Assembly (NCBI GenBank): GCA_965217585.1
Contig: OZ244561.1
Coordinates: forward strand, 2,752,001-2,816,000
DNA length: 64,000 nucleotides
Direction of reading: 5' to 3'
From: Candidatus Latescibacterota bacterium
GTDB lineage: Bacteria > Latescibacterota > UBA2968 > UBA8231
Within the stretch, counting starts at the first letter, position 1. The number at the start of each line of letters is the position of its first letter. A program made the translations under genes and the position numbers. Of the stretch, positions 46,969 through 57,269 are shown piece by piece. The notes under the pieces were generated by a model. That model did not search any database and was not told the DNA's origin. It was given only the letters and a program-made list of their open reading frames with translations.

Positions 46969-47805
46969 ATGAACGACACAGAAAAATTCCTCTTCGACCT
47001 ACAGGGCTTCCTAAAGGTCCCCGACTTCCTCACGGACGCCGAAGTCGATGCACTCAACGCGGCCTTTGACGCCAATGAGGACAAGCGAGGCGAAGACGGC
47101 AATCACAATACCGGCGGCAGTGACGCGCTCGAGGGCCGGCGGCGCGGCATGTTCACGGGGATGCTCGAATGGGAAAAACCCCACTGTCTGCCCTTCCGCA
47201 CTCTCTTGGCGCACAAAAAGCTCATCCCCTATCTCGACGCGCTCTTTGGCCGCGGCTGGAAGATGGACCACTCGCCCTTTATGCTCTGCGGCGGCAAGGG
47301 AGCCGAGGGCCTGATCCTCCACGGCTCGACTAGCCGCCACTTTAATGGCTCGCAGTACTACGCTTATGCCAACGACCAGATGCGCTGCGGCATGATCGTC
47401 TGCCAGTTCCAACTCGCCGACGTCAACGAGGGCGACGGTGGGCTGTGCGTGATCCCAGGCAGCCACAAGGCGAATTTCCCGCGGCCGCAAAAAATTTGCC
47501 ACTGGCAGGAGCACCGCGAAGTCGTGTACAACGTCCCCTGCAAGACCGGCGACATGGTCATCTTCAACGAGGCGACCTTGCACGGCACGCTCCCGTGGAC
47601 GGCCGAGCACGAGCGACGCTCCCTACTCTACCGCTACTCACCCAAGTATTTGCACTTTGCCGGCGGCACCTACCAAACCAGCCAGCCGGAATGGGTCAGC
47701 GAGCTGACCGAGGCGCAGCAGGCCGTGCTCGAACCCCCTTATATCTACAACCGGCCGCTGGTGGAAGCCGATGGCGAAACTGTAGTCCGCCCGCGCACTG
47801 GCTGA
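46969..47805 (+). CDS. Phytanoyl-CoA dioxygenase (PhyH) family protein
   Basis: FDLQGFL, GGLCVIPGSHK, GDMVIFNEATLHG, RRSLLYRY. Confidence 0.88.
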   Translation: MNDTEKFLFDLQGFLKVPDFLTDAEVDALNAAFDANEDKRGEDGNHNTGGSDALEGRRRGMFTGMLEWEKPHCLPFRTLLAHKKLIPYLDALFGRGWKMDHSPFMLCGGKGAEGLILHGSTSRHFNGSQYYAYANDQMRCGMIVCQFQLADVNEGDGGLCVIPGSHKANFPRPQKICHWQEHREVVYNVPCKTGDMVIFNEATLHGTLPWTAEHERRSLLYRYSPKYLHFAGGTYQTSQPEWVSELTEAQQAVLEPPYIYNRPLVEADGETVVRPRTG

Positions 47806-47837
47806 GCCTTTTCCCTGTCGCACAGAAAGGATTTTTT

Positions 47838-48878
47838 ATGTCCGTCATTTCTGCCACTGACCCTCGCCTGACGTGGAGCGGTGTCCTCTCACTCGAAGAG
47901 GGGCCGAACTGGGTCAAGCCTTGGCGCATTCCCCATGGGGATGCGGACCTGTACTCGCCCGGAGAGAGCGGCCTTGCCGAGCGGGCCGAGATGCCTTCGG
48001 GCGTGCGCGTGCGCTTGGCCACTGATGCCGAGGAATTAGTCGTCGGCTGCGAGCCGCTAGCTGAGGACGGCCGCTTTGACCTGTGCATCGGCGGGCAGAT
48101 AGCGGCTACGGCTTCGTATGCGGCTGGCGCGACCGAGGTCCGCTTTGAGGACTTGCCGGCGGGCGAGAAATCCTTGGAGATTTGGCTGTCGCCGGCCATG
48201 CCCGTCGCCCTGCGCCACATTGCATTGCCCGAGGGAGCGCATTGCGAAAAAAGCGAGGACACTCGGCTGAAGTGGGTCGCGTATGGCAGCTCCATCACCC
48301 ATTGCCGCACCGCGGGATCGCCCGCCGCCACTTGGCCTGGGGTGGTAGCTCGCGCTCGAGACTTCAACCTCACGTCGCTGGGCTACGGCGGCCAGTGCCA
48401 CGCCGACCCGTTCATCGCCCGGCTGATCCGCGACCTGCCCGCAGACTTTATCTCGGTCAAGATCGGCATCAACATCCACGGTGCGGCTAGCCTCGGCCCG
48501 CGCGCCTTCCGCCCGGCCGTCCTCGGCACCATTGCCACCATCCGCGACGGCCATCCCCACACTCCGTTTGCGGTCTGCTCGCCGATTTGGGGCCACGACC
48601 GCGAGACCACGCCCAATGCGGTTGGCTTAACTTTGGAGCAGATGCGCGTCGAGGTTGCGGAGGCCGTGGAAGCGTTCAAAAGGCGCGGCGACGACAACAT
48701 CTATTATATAGACGGTCTCAAGCTCTTTGACGAAAGCCTCGCCGAATATCTGCCCGACAATCTCCACCCGGACGCCACCGGCTACGAGATCATGGGGCAG
48801 AATTTTCTCGAAGAAGTGTTTGGGGTGCAGGGGGTGGAGGTGGGGAAGAAGCCTGGCCAGCGGGCATCGACCGCCTGA
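47838..48878 (+). CDS. SGNH/GDSL hydrolase
   Basis: YGSSITH, LGYGG, GIN, DNLHP. Confidence 0.88.
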   Translation: MSVISATDPRLTWSGVLSLEEGPNWVKPWRIPHGDADLYSPGESGLAERAEMPSGVRVRLATDAEELVVGCEPLAEDGRFDLCIGGQIAATASYAAGATEVRFEDLPAGEKSLEIWLSPAMPVALRHIALPEGAHCEKSEDTRLKWVAYGSSITHCRTAGSPAATWPGVVARARDFNLTSLGYGGQCHADPFIARLIRDLPADFISVKIGINIHGAASLGPRAFRPAVLGTIATIRDGHPHTPFAVCSPIWGHDRETTPNAVGLTLEQMRVEVAEAVEAFKRRGDDNIYYIDGLKLFDESLAEYLPDNLHPDATGYEIMGQNFLEEVFGVQGVEVGKKPGQRASTA

Positions 48879-48898
48879 AGACTAGATTAGGAGGCATT

Positions 48899-49483
48899 AT
48901 GCAGGTTGTATGGGAGTTGGATAATTTAGAGCAGTTGGGCGACAACAAACTCGACGTGAGTGGCCGACCCGCCGTAATTGCGGGCCCCTATGGACCGGCT
49001 ATCGAGTTCGATGGGGTGCGGGATGCGTTGTTTATCGGGACCAATCCCCTCGCTGGGCTGGAGGTTTTTACCATTGAACTTGATTTCCGGCCCGATGAGG
49101 GTGGGTTGGCCGAGCAGCGCTTCTTGCATTTGGGGGAAGCCAGCGGGGACCGCGTGCTTTTCGAGACGCGTCTGACCGGGGCCGGGCACTGGTATCTCGA
49201 CACCTTTATCAGCTCGGGAGACTCGAACCGGCCCTTGTTAAACGAAGGCCAGCTCCATCCCGTGGGGGAGTGGTACCATTTAGCACTGACCTGCGACGGG
49301 CGCGATGAAACCAACTTTGTCAATGGCGTTGAGGAGGCGAGCGGGCCGATTGATTTTGCCCCGTTAACAGCGGGCCAGACGTCGATTGGGGTGCGGTTGA
49401 ATCGCGTGTGTTGGTTTAAGGGAGCGATTGGTCGGATCCGGTTTACGGCCGGAGTATTGGCACCAGAGGAATTTATGCACTAG
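48899..49483 (+). CDS. LamG/concanavalin-A-like domain protein
   Basis: AIEFDG, FTIE, WYHLALT, FVNG, FKGAI. Confidence 0.8.
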   Translation: MQVVWELDNLEQLGDNKLDVSGRPAVIAGPYGPAIEFDGVRDALFIGTNPLAGLEVFTIELDFRPDEGGLAEQRFLHLGEASGDRVLFETRLTGAGHWYLDTFISSGDSNRPLLNEGQLHPVGEWYHLALTCDGRDETNFVNGVEEASGPIDFAPLTAGQTSIGVRLNRVCWFKGAIGRIRFTAGVLAPEEFMH

Positions 49484-49703
49484 GCCTGCAGGCGGGATAG
49501 CAGAAATCTTGTTTGTTGCGTAAATAGCTGTAATTAGGTATCTTATTCAATAGTGTAGTTTATCTGAACCTTTCAGACTACGCGAAGTTTTTTAAACCTA
49601 CCGACGGTTTCTGCGCTTTTCTCGGCACCCCCAATCCAATCCTGTTTTGAGTGTATCCCCGAGGCATGTCGCTTTATCTCTCGGACTATCAAGACAGGAG
49701 TTT

Positions 49704-51122
49704 ATGTCTTCTATTCAATTTGAAGCCCTCAAGCTAAACGAGCCATTGCTGCGCGCGTTGGCTAAAGAAGGGTACCAACAGCCGACGCCAATCCAGGAAC
49801 AGGCTATTCCCAAGGTGCTGGCGGGCCAAGATCTGTTGGCCACCGCACAGACGGGTACCGGCAAAACGGCGGCCTTTGCACTGCCGATGCTGCAAGTGCT
49901 CGACGGGCGCAAGGGCCGCGGACAAATCCGGGCGCTGATATTGACGCCGACGCGGGAGCTGGCGTTGCAGATCGACGAGAGTTTCCGCAACTATGGCCGC
50001 TATCTAAAGCTCACCAGCATGGTGATTCTCGGTGGAGTGCCGCTGGGCCCACAAGTGAGCGCGCTGCGCAAAAACCCCGATATCGTGGTGGCGACGCCGG
50101 GCCGCTTGCTCGACCTGATGAACCAGGGCTATATAAAGCTGGACCAGATCGAGATGCTGGTCCTCGACGAGGGCGACCGGATGTTGGACATGGGCTTTAT
50201 CCACGACGTGCGCCGGATTGTCGAGACCTTGCCCAAAAAGCGGCAGACGATGCTCTTTTCGGCGACCTTGTCCAAGGATATCACCGCACTAGCCGGTGAT
50301 ATGCTCGACAAGCCGGTCAACGCCGAGGTGACGCCGGCGGCGTCGGTGTCGGAACGAATCGACCAACAAGTGCTCTTTGTCGAACAAGATGGCAAACGCG
50401 ATCTGCTGAAGCAGGTGCTCAAGGGCGAAGACGTGCGCCGCGCTCTGGTCTTTACGCGGACCAAGCGTCGAGCCGACAGGGTGATGAAGCAATTGTCCAA
50501 TCAGGGTATCGCCGCCGCCGCGATCCATGCCGACAAAAACCAGGGTGCCCGCCAGCGAGCGTTGGCGGCGTTTGATCGCGGGCGGATCAAGGTCCTGGTC
50601 GCCACCGATATCGTCGCCCGAGGTATCGACGTGGAGGGAATTTCCCACGTTATCAACTACGACCTGCCCAACGACAAGGAGAGCTATGTGCACCGGATCG
50701 GCCGCACGGCCCGAGCCGGGGCGGAAGGCATCGCCCTGTCGTTTTGCGCGACGGAGGAAGTGGCGATCTTGCGGAGCATTGAGCGGCTGACGGGCGTGCC
50801 CTTGACCATCGTCTCGCGCGGCGCAAGGGCGGAATACCAAGATAGCAATGGGGATAATGGGCAGGGTGCGGCGAAGAGGCAGCGAGGGGGCGAGGGAAAA
50901 CCCTCGAATGCGGCGAAACCGCGGCGCAGTGGCAATAGCAATGGCAGTAGCAATGGAAATCGCCGTGACGGGCCTCATGGTACATCGATGCTCGGTCCAG
51001 CCGCGAATGCACGGCGCGATGCCAATGCGAATTCGCAAAAGCGCACGGGGATGCAAGGCGAGAGGGTAAGCCGGCAAAGCCTGTTTGGGCGGCGGACTCG
51101 CGCGGCGCAGACGACTCGTTAG
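49704..51122 (+). CDS. rhlE: DEAD-box RNA helicase (RhlE-like)
   Basis: PTPIQ, AQTGTGKT, PTRELA, TPGR, DEGD, SAT, ARGID, HRIGRTAR; CAGGAG RBS. Confidence 0.9.
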   Translation: MSSIQFEALKLNEPLLRALAKEGYQQPTPIQEQAIPKVLAGQDLLATAQTGTGKTAAFALPMLQVLDGRKGRGQIRALILTPTRELALQIDESFRNYGRYLKLTSMVILGGVPLGPQVSALRKNPDIVVATPGRLLDLMNQGYIKLDQIEMLVLDEGDRMLDMGFIHDVRRIVETLPKKRQTMLFSATLSKDITALAGDMLDKPVNAEVTPAASVSERIDQQVLFVEQDGKRDLLKQVLKGEDVRRALVFTRTKRRADRVMKQLSNQGIAAAAIHADKNQGARQRALAAFDRGRIKVLVATDIVARGIDVEGISHVINYDLPNDKESYVHRIGRTARAGAEGIALSFCATEEVAILRSIERLTGVPLTIVSRGARAEYQDSNGDNGQGAAKRQRGGEGKPSNAAKPRRSGNSNGSSNGNRRDGPHGTSMLGPAANARRDANANSQKRTGMQGERVSRQSLFGRRTRAAQTTR

Positions 51123-51272
51123 CGGCGCGATAGCGACAGGATGACCTGAAGATGCAGGGGCGTGATGTCTCTGCATCTTTTTTGTTCTGGACCGGGTCTG
51201 TGAGGGTGTGGAGCATCGTTGCTCAATGCGTTATATTCGGCGGACTCGCGCGGCGCAGACGACTCGTTAGCG
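51090..51272. repeat. Perfect 35-bp direct repeat of the helicase 3' end
   Basis: CGGCGGACTCGCGCGGCGCAGACGACTCGTTAGCG at 51090-51124 and 51238-51272. Confidence 0.9.
51149..51184 (+). terminator. Intrinsic terminator
   Basis: AAGATGCAG...CTGCATCTT followed by a T-run. Confidence 0.8.
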
Positions 51273-51324
51273 ATTCGCCGTCAGTGTGGCCGGTCAAACT
51301 CAAGGGCAGGATCGACTGAAAACT

Positions 51325-52044
51325 ATGGCAGATCTAACAGGCAAAGTGGCGATCGTCGTCGGTGCCAGCAGCGGGATGGGTGAGGCGACGGCGAAAACCT
51401 ATGTCGAAGCCGGAGCAAAAGTGGTGCTGGCCGCCCGCAGCGGCGACAAACTGGAGGCGCTGGCTGAGGAGTTAGGTGAAAACGCCTTGGCGTGCGCCAC
51501 CGACGCGCGGGACAAGGCGGCTGCGGCGGCATTGGTCCAGCGGGCGGTAGCAGCGTATGGCCGAGTAGATATCCTGGCCTATGTGACGGGGACCAATATC
51601 TCGGATCGCGCATTGAAGGTGCTCACCGAGGAGACCTGGGAAATGATGCTCGGCACCAATCTGACGGGGGCGTTCCACTGCACCAAGGCCGCATTGCCGG
51701 TGATGCGCGAGCAGGGCACCGGATTGATCATTTACGTGTCGAGCGGTTGTGTGCAGAAGCCGGATGCCTCTGGGGTCTCTTATCAGGCGAGCAAGCACGG
51801 GATGGTCGGATTGGCCCACGGCACTTTCCAGGAAGAGAAGGAGAACGGCGTCCGCACCTGCGTGATCTTTCCGGGACTGACCGACACGCCGCTGGTGCTC
51901 AAGCGGCCGGTGCCCACCCCACCGGAGGTGATGGCCGAGGCGTTGATGCCGCAGGATGTGGCCGATGCCTGCCTCTTTGTCGCGGCGCTGCCGGCGCGGG
52001 CCTATGTGCCAGAGTTGGTGCTATTGCCAGCGGGACTTTCCTAA
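51325..52044 (+). CDS. Short-chain dehydrogenase/reductase
   Basis: VGASSGMG, TNLTG, YQASK. Confidence 0.92.
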   Translation: MADLTGKVAIVVGASSGMGEATAKTYVEAGAKVVLAARSGDKLEALAEELGENALACATDARDKAAAAALVQRAVAAYGRVDILAYVTGTNISDRALKVLTEETWEMMLGTNLTGAFHCTKAALPVMREQGTGLIIYVSSGCVQKPDASGVSYQASKHGMVGLAHGTFQEEKENGVRTCVIFPGLTDTPLVLKRPVPTPPEVMAEALMPQDVADACLFVAALPARAYVPELVLLPAGLS

Positions 52045-52065
52045 CGATCAAATGGAGGACAGACC

Positions 52066-52470
52066 ATGGGCGATATCTATCGAGTGCAAAATTGCTTCGG
52101 CCAACCGGCTGAAAATCACGGCCATCCCGGCAGTATCTCGCGGGTTATACTTGGCCCTGGAGCGCGTCGGAAGGAGCGCCCGGCCGCCATAAATACCGAG
52201 CGGCTAGTAATCCACACCAACGAATACGAGCCTGGCGGAGTCTCAGGTGACGGCCACGCTCACGCCGATCAGGAGCAGGCCTTTTACATCTTAGAAGGCG
52301 ATATCGAAGTTGAGGTGGGGAACGAGACCTATCAACTGGGGCCGGGCGACTGCGTGCTCCTGCCGCGCAATGTCTTTCACAAGCACCGCAATGTTGGCGA
52401 CAAGCCGCTGAAGTTTCTCTTTATCAGCGCGATGCTCGGCCATGAGTCGCCGTCGGGAGACAGGGGCTAG
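52066..52470 (+). CDS. Cupin domain protein
   Basis: HAHADQEQAFYILEG, PGD..LLP..FH. Confidence 0.88.
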   Translation: MGDIYRVQNCFGQPAENHGHPGSISRVILGPGARRKERPAAINTERLVIHTNEYEPGGVSGDGHAHADQEQAFYILEGDIEVEVGNETYQLGPGDCVLLPRNVFHKHRNVGDKPLKFLFISAMLGHESPSGDRG

Positions 52471-52569
52471 TCTTTATCGCGTGAGGACATACTCAACCGC
52501 TTCACCCGACGGGTCGAAACGTTGGAAGGTTTTCAGCACCAGCAGCGCGCCCGCCAGCTTAAGCGACCA

Positions 52570-53304
52570 TTATTCTGAGGGCGGTGGCATATTCTGGCCG
52601 ATGGTCTCGATGACGACCCCGCCGATTAGCCAGAACAGCCACAGCAGTCCAAGTGCGAGAGTCGCCTTGCGCACGGGCGCGTCGGCCAGCGCGTTCAACC
52701 CGACGCCCATGATCCCAATCTGCCACAGATCAAAGGGGTTGAGGGCCATGAGCACCCGGCCGCCAAACGTGGCTGCGGCCTCCTCGGACAGAAAGGGCCC
52801 CAGCCCCAGATGCGCCCCAATGTCGCCGGTTGCCAGCACCAGCACCGCCCGCACCGCCCACTCGATAGCCACCACCAACGCCGCATACGCTTTGACTACC
52901 AGCATTTGCCGGTAGCTGACCGCGGCTTGGAAAACGGAGCGCGCCAGCCCCAAAAGCACGCCCCCGACCACGACTAATGAGGCAAAAAGCCCCACCGGGA
53001 TCATCATCCAGCCGTGCGCCCGCATCATGGCCGCGCTCTCTTTGTAGCGCTGCTGCTCAGCCTCGTCCATGCCCTCTAGATGCTGCTGTATAGCTGGGCC
53101 ATCTAGACCGGTTACAGCGTCTAAGGTCAGGTGGTATGCCCCGAGGCCCACGGCGCAGACGAGGAGGGCCGGTAGCAACCAGTCGTGCGCGGTCTCTTGG
53201 CCGCGCACTGCGGCAAAAGCTGTGCGCGGCGCGTAAAACACGCGCTGTATCCGCGCGAAGAGGCTCAGGTCTTCGGCGGCAAATCCCGGTCCGGTTGCAC
53301 TCAT
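52570..53304 (-). CDS. Yip1-domain membrane protein
   Basis: RIQRVFYAPRTAF, SYRQML, NPFDLW; several TM helices. Confidence 0.75.
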   Translation of the reverse strand: MSATGPGFAAEDLSLFARIQRVFYAPRTAFAAVRGQETAHDWLLPALLVCAVGLGAYHLTLDAVTGLDGPAIQQHLEGMDEAEQQRYKESAAMMRAHGWMMIPVGLFASLVVVGGVLLGLARSVFQAAVSYRQMLVVKAYAALVVAIEWAVRAVLVLATGDIGAHLGLGPFLSEEAAATFGGRVLMALNPFDLWQIGIMGVGLNALADAPVRKATLALGLLWLFWLIGGVVIETIGQNMPPPSE

Positions 53305-53698
53305 GGGCCGTTTATCTCCATTGGTGAGACATGGATGGATGGACAAACGGATTGGGGCCGTCTATCCGGTTGTGAATTCCTTTAATATAGAGGCCGCAGT
53401 GCCAATGCCAAACCAAGGAGTGGAGGGGAAGGGATGGGTTTGAGCAGGTTGGACGGCCCGGCGGTAGGCGAATTAGTTGCTTGTGCTGCGGCTGAGATTG
53501 ACTATATTTAGCCAATCACTTGTCTCTGCAATAGTTGTAGGGGCGTTTATGGACCGCGTTGGCAGTCGTTCGGATCCGCGTAGATTCCTACCCCCGGGCC
53601 TGATGTAGTTTTCCTACCGAAAAGCCTGAAGCAGTAGATTCCTACTCAAAGTTATTCGCACGTTCTGCTCTAACCGCACATTGCAAAGGATTTTACCC

Positions 53699-53908
53699 AT
53701 GGCAGATCGCGAGAAGGGAACCGTAAAGTGGTTCAACGACGCGAAGGGCTTCGGATTTATCGAGCGCGAGAACGGCGAAGATGTCTTCGTCCATCACAGC
53801 GCGATCCGGGCCGAGGGTTTCCGCACCTTGTCCGACGGGCAGCAGGTGGAGTTTGAAGTCGTTCAGGGCAAGAAAGGCCCGGCGGCTGAGAGCGTCGTAG
53901 CACTTTAG
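53699..53908 (+). CDS. Cold-shock protein (CspA family)
   Basis: [29 protein letters not shown]. Confidence 0.96.
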   Translation: MADREKGTVKWFNDAKGFGFIERENGEDVFVHHSAIRAEGFRTLSDGQQVEFEVVQGKKGPAAESVVAL

Positions 53909-53978
53909 GCTTGTCCTCATAATAGTGCAAAAGGGGGTGATGTACACTGCATCACTCCCTTTTATTTTTGGAGTTTGG

Positions 53979-54248
53979 ATGAAGATTCGCGTCGATAATC
54001 TATCTGCTGACACCACCGAGGACGACCTCCGCACGCTGTTCGAGCTGTTTGGTGCCGTCGCCGCTGTCACTATTGATCCGCGCCGCCGCTGGGGCCAAAT
54101 CGACATGCCCAGCAAGGCCGCGGCCCGCGAGGCCATCGATATGCTCAACGGGCAACATCTCAAGGGCCTTGATATAGTCGTCGGGGAAATGCCCGACCGC
54201 CCCTCCGCGCGCCCGCGCGGCAAGCCTCGCAGGGGCCGACGGCGCTAG
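53979..54248 (+). CDS. RRM RNA-binding protein
   Basis: IRVDNLS..TTEDDLRTLFELFG, AIDMLNG, Arg-rich tail. Confidence 0.85.
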   Translation: MKIRVDNLSADTTEDDLRTLFELFGAVAAVTIDPRRRWGQIDMPSKAAAREAIDMLNGQHLKGLDIVVGEMPDRPSARPRGKPRRGRRR

Positions 54249-54251
54249 CCC

Positions 54252-57200
54252 TTACTCGTACCACCGAGCTTGTAGGCTGAACAAACGGCTGTACTCTCCG
54301 CCTTGCTGCATCAGTGCCGCATGCGTCCCCTGCTCAACGATCTGTCCGCCTTTGAGCACGAGGATCCGGTCGGCGGCCCGGGCCGCGCCCAGCCGGTGTG
54401 AGATCATTACCGAAGCCTTGCCCCTCGTCATCTCCCCGAAGCGCCGATAGACCTCGGCCTCGGCCTTGGGATCGAGCGCGGCCGTCGGCTCGTCTAACAC
54501 CACGAACTCGGCCGCCCTCGCCAGCGCCCGGGCCGTGGCCAGCTTCTGCCACTCACCCGTAGATAAGTCAGTACCCCCTAGCTCCTTGCCCAGCAGGGCC
54601 TCGTACTGGCCGGGTAACCCGGCGATAAACTGCGCTGCTCCAGCTAGCTCTGCCGCCCGCTCGACAGAGGCGTCTTGCCCCAGCGCCCCAAAGGCGATGT
54701 TGTCGCGCACGGGAAATTGGAAGCGCACAAAGTCTTGGAAAACCGCGGCAAACAGCCGCCTGACTCGTTCCTGGGGATAGTCCAAAAGCGGCTTGTTGCC
54801 GAGCAAGATCCGTCCGCCCGTCGGTTGGTACAGCCCCAGCATCAGCTTGACCAAGGTCGTCTTGCCGGCCCCGTTTTCGCCGACTAGCGCGATGCGCTCG
54901 CCCGGCCGGATCTCTAGGTCGATGCCCGAGAGCACGAGGTCGCCGTCTGGATAGCGGAAGGATACCTGCTCAAAGCGCAACGGCCGGTTTTTTAGGTCTT
55001 GGCCTTCGTCCTCAGCCCCGAGGGACGCTGTGGGTGCCGTCAGAGCGAAAAATTCGTAGAGATCCCCCAGGTACAGCGACTCCTCATGCAGCGTGTTCAA
55101 GGAGCGCATGATCCCGCCGAGCTGCCAAGCAAACTGCAGTACGGCCCGCGCCAACATGCCGTACTGGCCGATAGTTAGCTGCGCCCCGGCGACCAACCAG
55201 ACGAGGATCGTCAAGCAGCCCACGTATCCCCAGCCCCCGATGCTGGAGCTCAGCCCGCCGAGCCAAGCTCGTTTGGCCTCTAGCCCGCGGCGCTCCGTGG
55301 CCAGCGCGACGGCCTTCTCGCGCCACGTGTCGAGTAAGTGGTCACGCAGCGTGAAGAGCCGCACCTCCATGGCTTGTTCGCGCTCGGTCAGCAATTCGCG
55401 GAAGTAGGATGCTTCGCGGTATTGCGGCGTGCGCTCGCGATAGACGTAGTGCGTCTTTTTGCTGATCCGCATCATCACCCACACCCCCGGGACCGAGCCG
55501 ATCAAGGTCAGCGGCCCCAAGGCCCAGTGCCCAGTTAGCAGCACCCCTACGACCGCGACCATCCCCCCCAGAGCACCGACCGTGTCTAGCGCTACGTTGA
55601 GCAGGCTGAGGAGCCGGCCGCTCAGGTCCTCGTTGGCTCGCTTGAGCGCATCGTAGAACGCGGGGTGCTCGAAGTGGACCAGCTCGACCTTTTGCACCTT
55701 GTCCACGACTTGCCGCTGCAAGCGCACGCTGATTCTATCGAAGTACGCGCGCGACAGAGCCAGCTTCTGCCACTGTCCGCGCGATAGATCCTGCCCGCCC
55801 TCGAAGTAGCGGCCCAGCGTGGTGTCGTAGCGCTCGGCCAAGGACTCGATCAGCAGCGCACTGCCACCCGCTGTTGCGGCCCGCTCCACCCGGGCCTGAT
55901 TGGCGAGGGCTTCGGCTTGGCCATAGCCGATGTTTTCGCGCGCGGTGCGCTGGTATTGCACGAAGTCTTGGAAGACCGCGGCGCAGCGCTGCCGCAAGAC
56001 CTGCGGGTTGATTTCGCGGCCGTCCACTCCGTTGTAGAGGACGCGCCCCGCGCTTGGCTGGTACAGCCCTAAGATCAGCTTGATTAGGGTCGTCTTGCCG
56101 GCTCCGTTTTCGCCCACTAGTGCGAGCTTCTCCCCCGGCCTAATCCGCAGATTGACCCCGCTGAGCACGGGCGGCCCGTCACCATAGGCAAACCCCGCGT
56201 CTTCCACCGCGATTTCCAGCGGCGCGGCCGGCAGGGCCACTTGGCCTTCCGGCTCGGTTGGCGACTCGACGAAGTCGCGCAAGTCGCGGATGTGGAGTGC
56301 TTGCTCAAAGACATTGCCCATCTGGCGCAGCAGTTGGAAGAGCGTGCCTTGGAAGCGCGTGATGGCCTCGGCGAGGGCGAAGAAGCCCCCCAAGGTCAGG
56401 GCACCATAGGTGGCTTGATAGAGCAAGATGACCAGCGACAAAAGCGCCGAAATGATGCCGCTTAGCCGCCCGCCGAACATATAGCGCTGCTGTTGCAGGG
56501 TCAGCCGCAGTCGCTGCTGCCTGAGCGTTTGCGCCACCTGCTCATAGGTGCGGACGAGGAGATCGCCCAGTCCGTAGAGCCGGATTTCTTTGGCCGCGTC
56601 GCGGTCGGTCATCAGCTCGACCAAGTACTCGGCGCGTCGCTGTTTGGGCGTCTGCTGGTGAAAGAGCGCGTAGATTTCGCGGCCTCGCCGAATTTGGGTG
56701 TAGAAAACCGGAGCCGTGCCCAAGAATAGCACCACCGGGATCGACCAGTGCCCGGTGGCAAACAGCGCGATTAGCGTGCAGAGCATGACAAAGCCTTCGA
56801 GCGCGGCGGTGGCGTCGCGGAAGATGCCGTAGGCGCGGTAGTACGCGGCCTGCCGCGCCCGCTGCATGCGGTCGAAAAATTCTCGGCGTTCAAAGGCGTC
56901 CAACCCCACGCCGGCCGCTTGGTCGAGGACCCGCTCTTGGAGCTTCCAGCTAGTCTGCTCCCGCATGGCCGCGGCCGAGTGCCCCTGCACCGCCTCCAGC
57001 CCAGCCTCCAACATCTGCAAGCCAGCCAAGCCGGCCAGCAGGGGAGCCACGGCTATCAACTGGTCCTCGCCTTGGCCGAAGCCGGCGTGGACTGCATCGA
57101 CGAGCTCCTTGATCAACAGGATGCGCCCGGCCGGCAACAGGGCGGTTAGGAACTGCGCGCTGGTGTTTAAGAGCATGGCCTTGGGTGAGCCGCGCCACAG

Positions 57201-57269
57201 GATGCCGGCAAACCAAGTCAAGGCACGGCGCACCTCGCGGGGGTGGACTTTGGGGGGGGATGGATTCAC
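54252..57269 (-). CDS. ABC exporter, apparent in-frame fusion of two truncated half-transporters
   Basis: Two GENGAGKT motifs; NBD1 stops after LSRGQWQKLALSRA; NBD2 complete (LDEPT, SHR). Confidence 0.8.
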   Translation of the reverse strand: MNPSPPKVHPREVRRALTWFAGILWRGSPKAMLLNTSAQFLTALLPAGRILLIKELVDAVHAGFGQGEDQLIAVAPLLAGLAGLQMLEAGLEAVQGHSAAAMREQTSWKLQERVLDQAAGVGLDAFERREFFDRMQRARQAAYYRAYGIFRDATAALEGFVMLCTLIALFATGHWSIPVVLFLGTAPVFYTQIRRGREIYALFHQQTPKQRRAEYLVELMTDRDAAKEIRLYGLGDLLVRTYEQVAQTLRQQRLRLTLQQQRYMFGGRLSGIISALLSLVILLYQATYGALTLGGFFALAEAITRFQGTLFQLLRQMGNVFEQALHIRDLRDFVESPTEPEGQVALPAAPLEIAVEDAGFAYGDGPPVLSGVNLRIRPGEKLALVGENGAGKTTLIKLILGLYQPSAGRVLYNGVDGREINPQVLRQRCAAVFQDFVQYQRTARENIGYGQAEALANQARVERAATAGGSALLIESLAERYDTTLGRYFEGGQDLSRGQWQKLALSRAYFDRISVRLQRQVVDKVQKVELVHFEHPAFYDALKRANEDLSGRLLSLLNVALDTVGALGGMVAVVGVLLTGHWALGPLTLIGSVPGVWVMMRISKKTHYVYRERTPQYREASYFRELLTEREQAMEVRLFTLRDHLLDTWREKAVALATERRGLEAKRAWLGGLSSSIGGWGYVGCLTILVWLVAGAQLTIGQYGMLARAVLQFAWQLGGIMRSLNTLHEESLYLGDLYEFFALTAPTASLGAEDEGQDLKNRPLRFEQVSFRYPDGDLVLSGIDLEIRPGERIALVGENGAGKTTLVKLMLGLYQPTGGRILLGNKPLLDYPQERVRRLFAAVFQDFVRFQFPVRDNIAFGALGQDASVERAAELAGAAQFIAGLPGQYEALLGKELGGTDLSTGEWQKLATARALARAAEFVVLDEPTAALDPKAEAEVYRRFGEMTRGKASVMISHRLGAARAADRILVLKGGQIVEQGTHAALMQQGGEYSRLFSLQARWYE

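Noticed and set aside
52471-52578. Open frame continuing after the cupin TAG (possible read-through or gene remnant)
   Set aside because: Only 35 codons, no recoding signal or recognisable family
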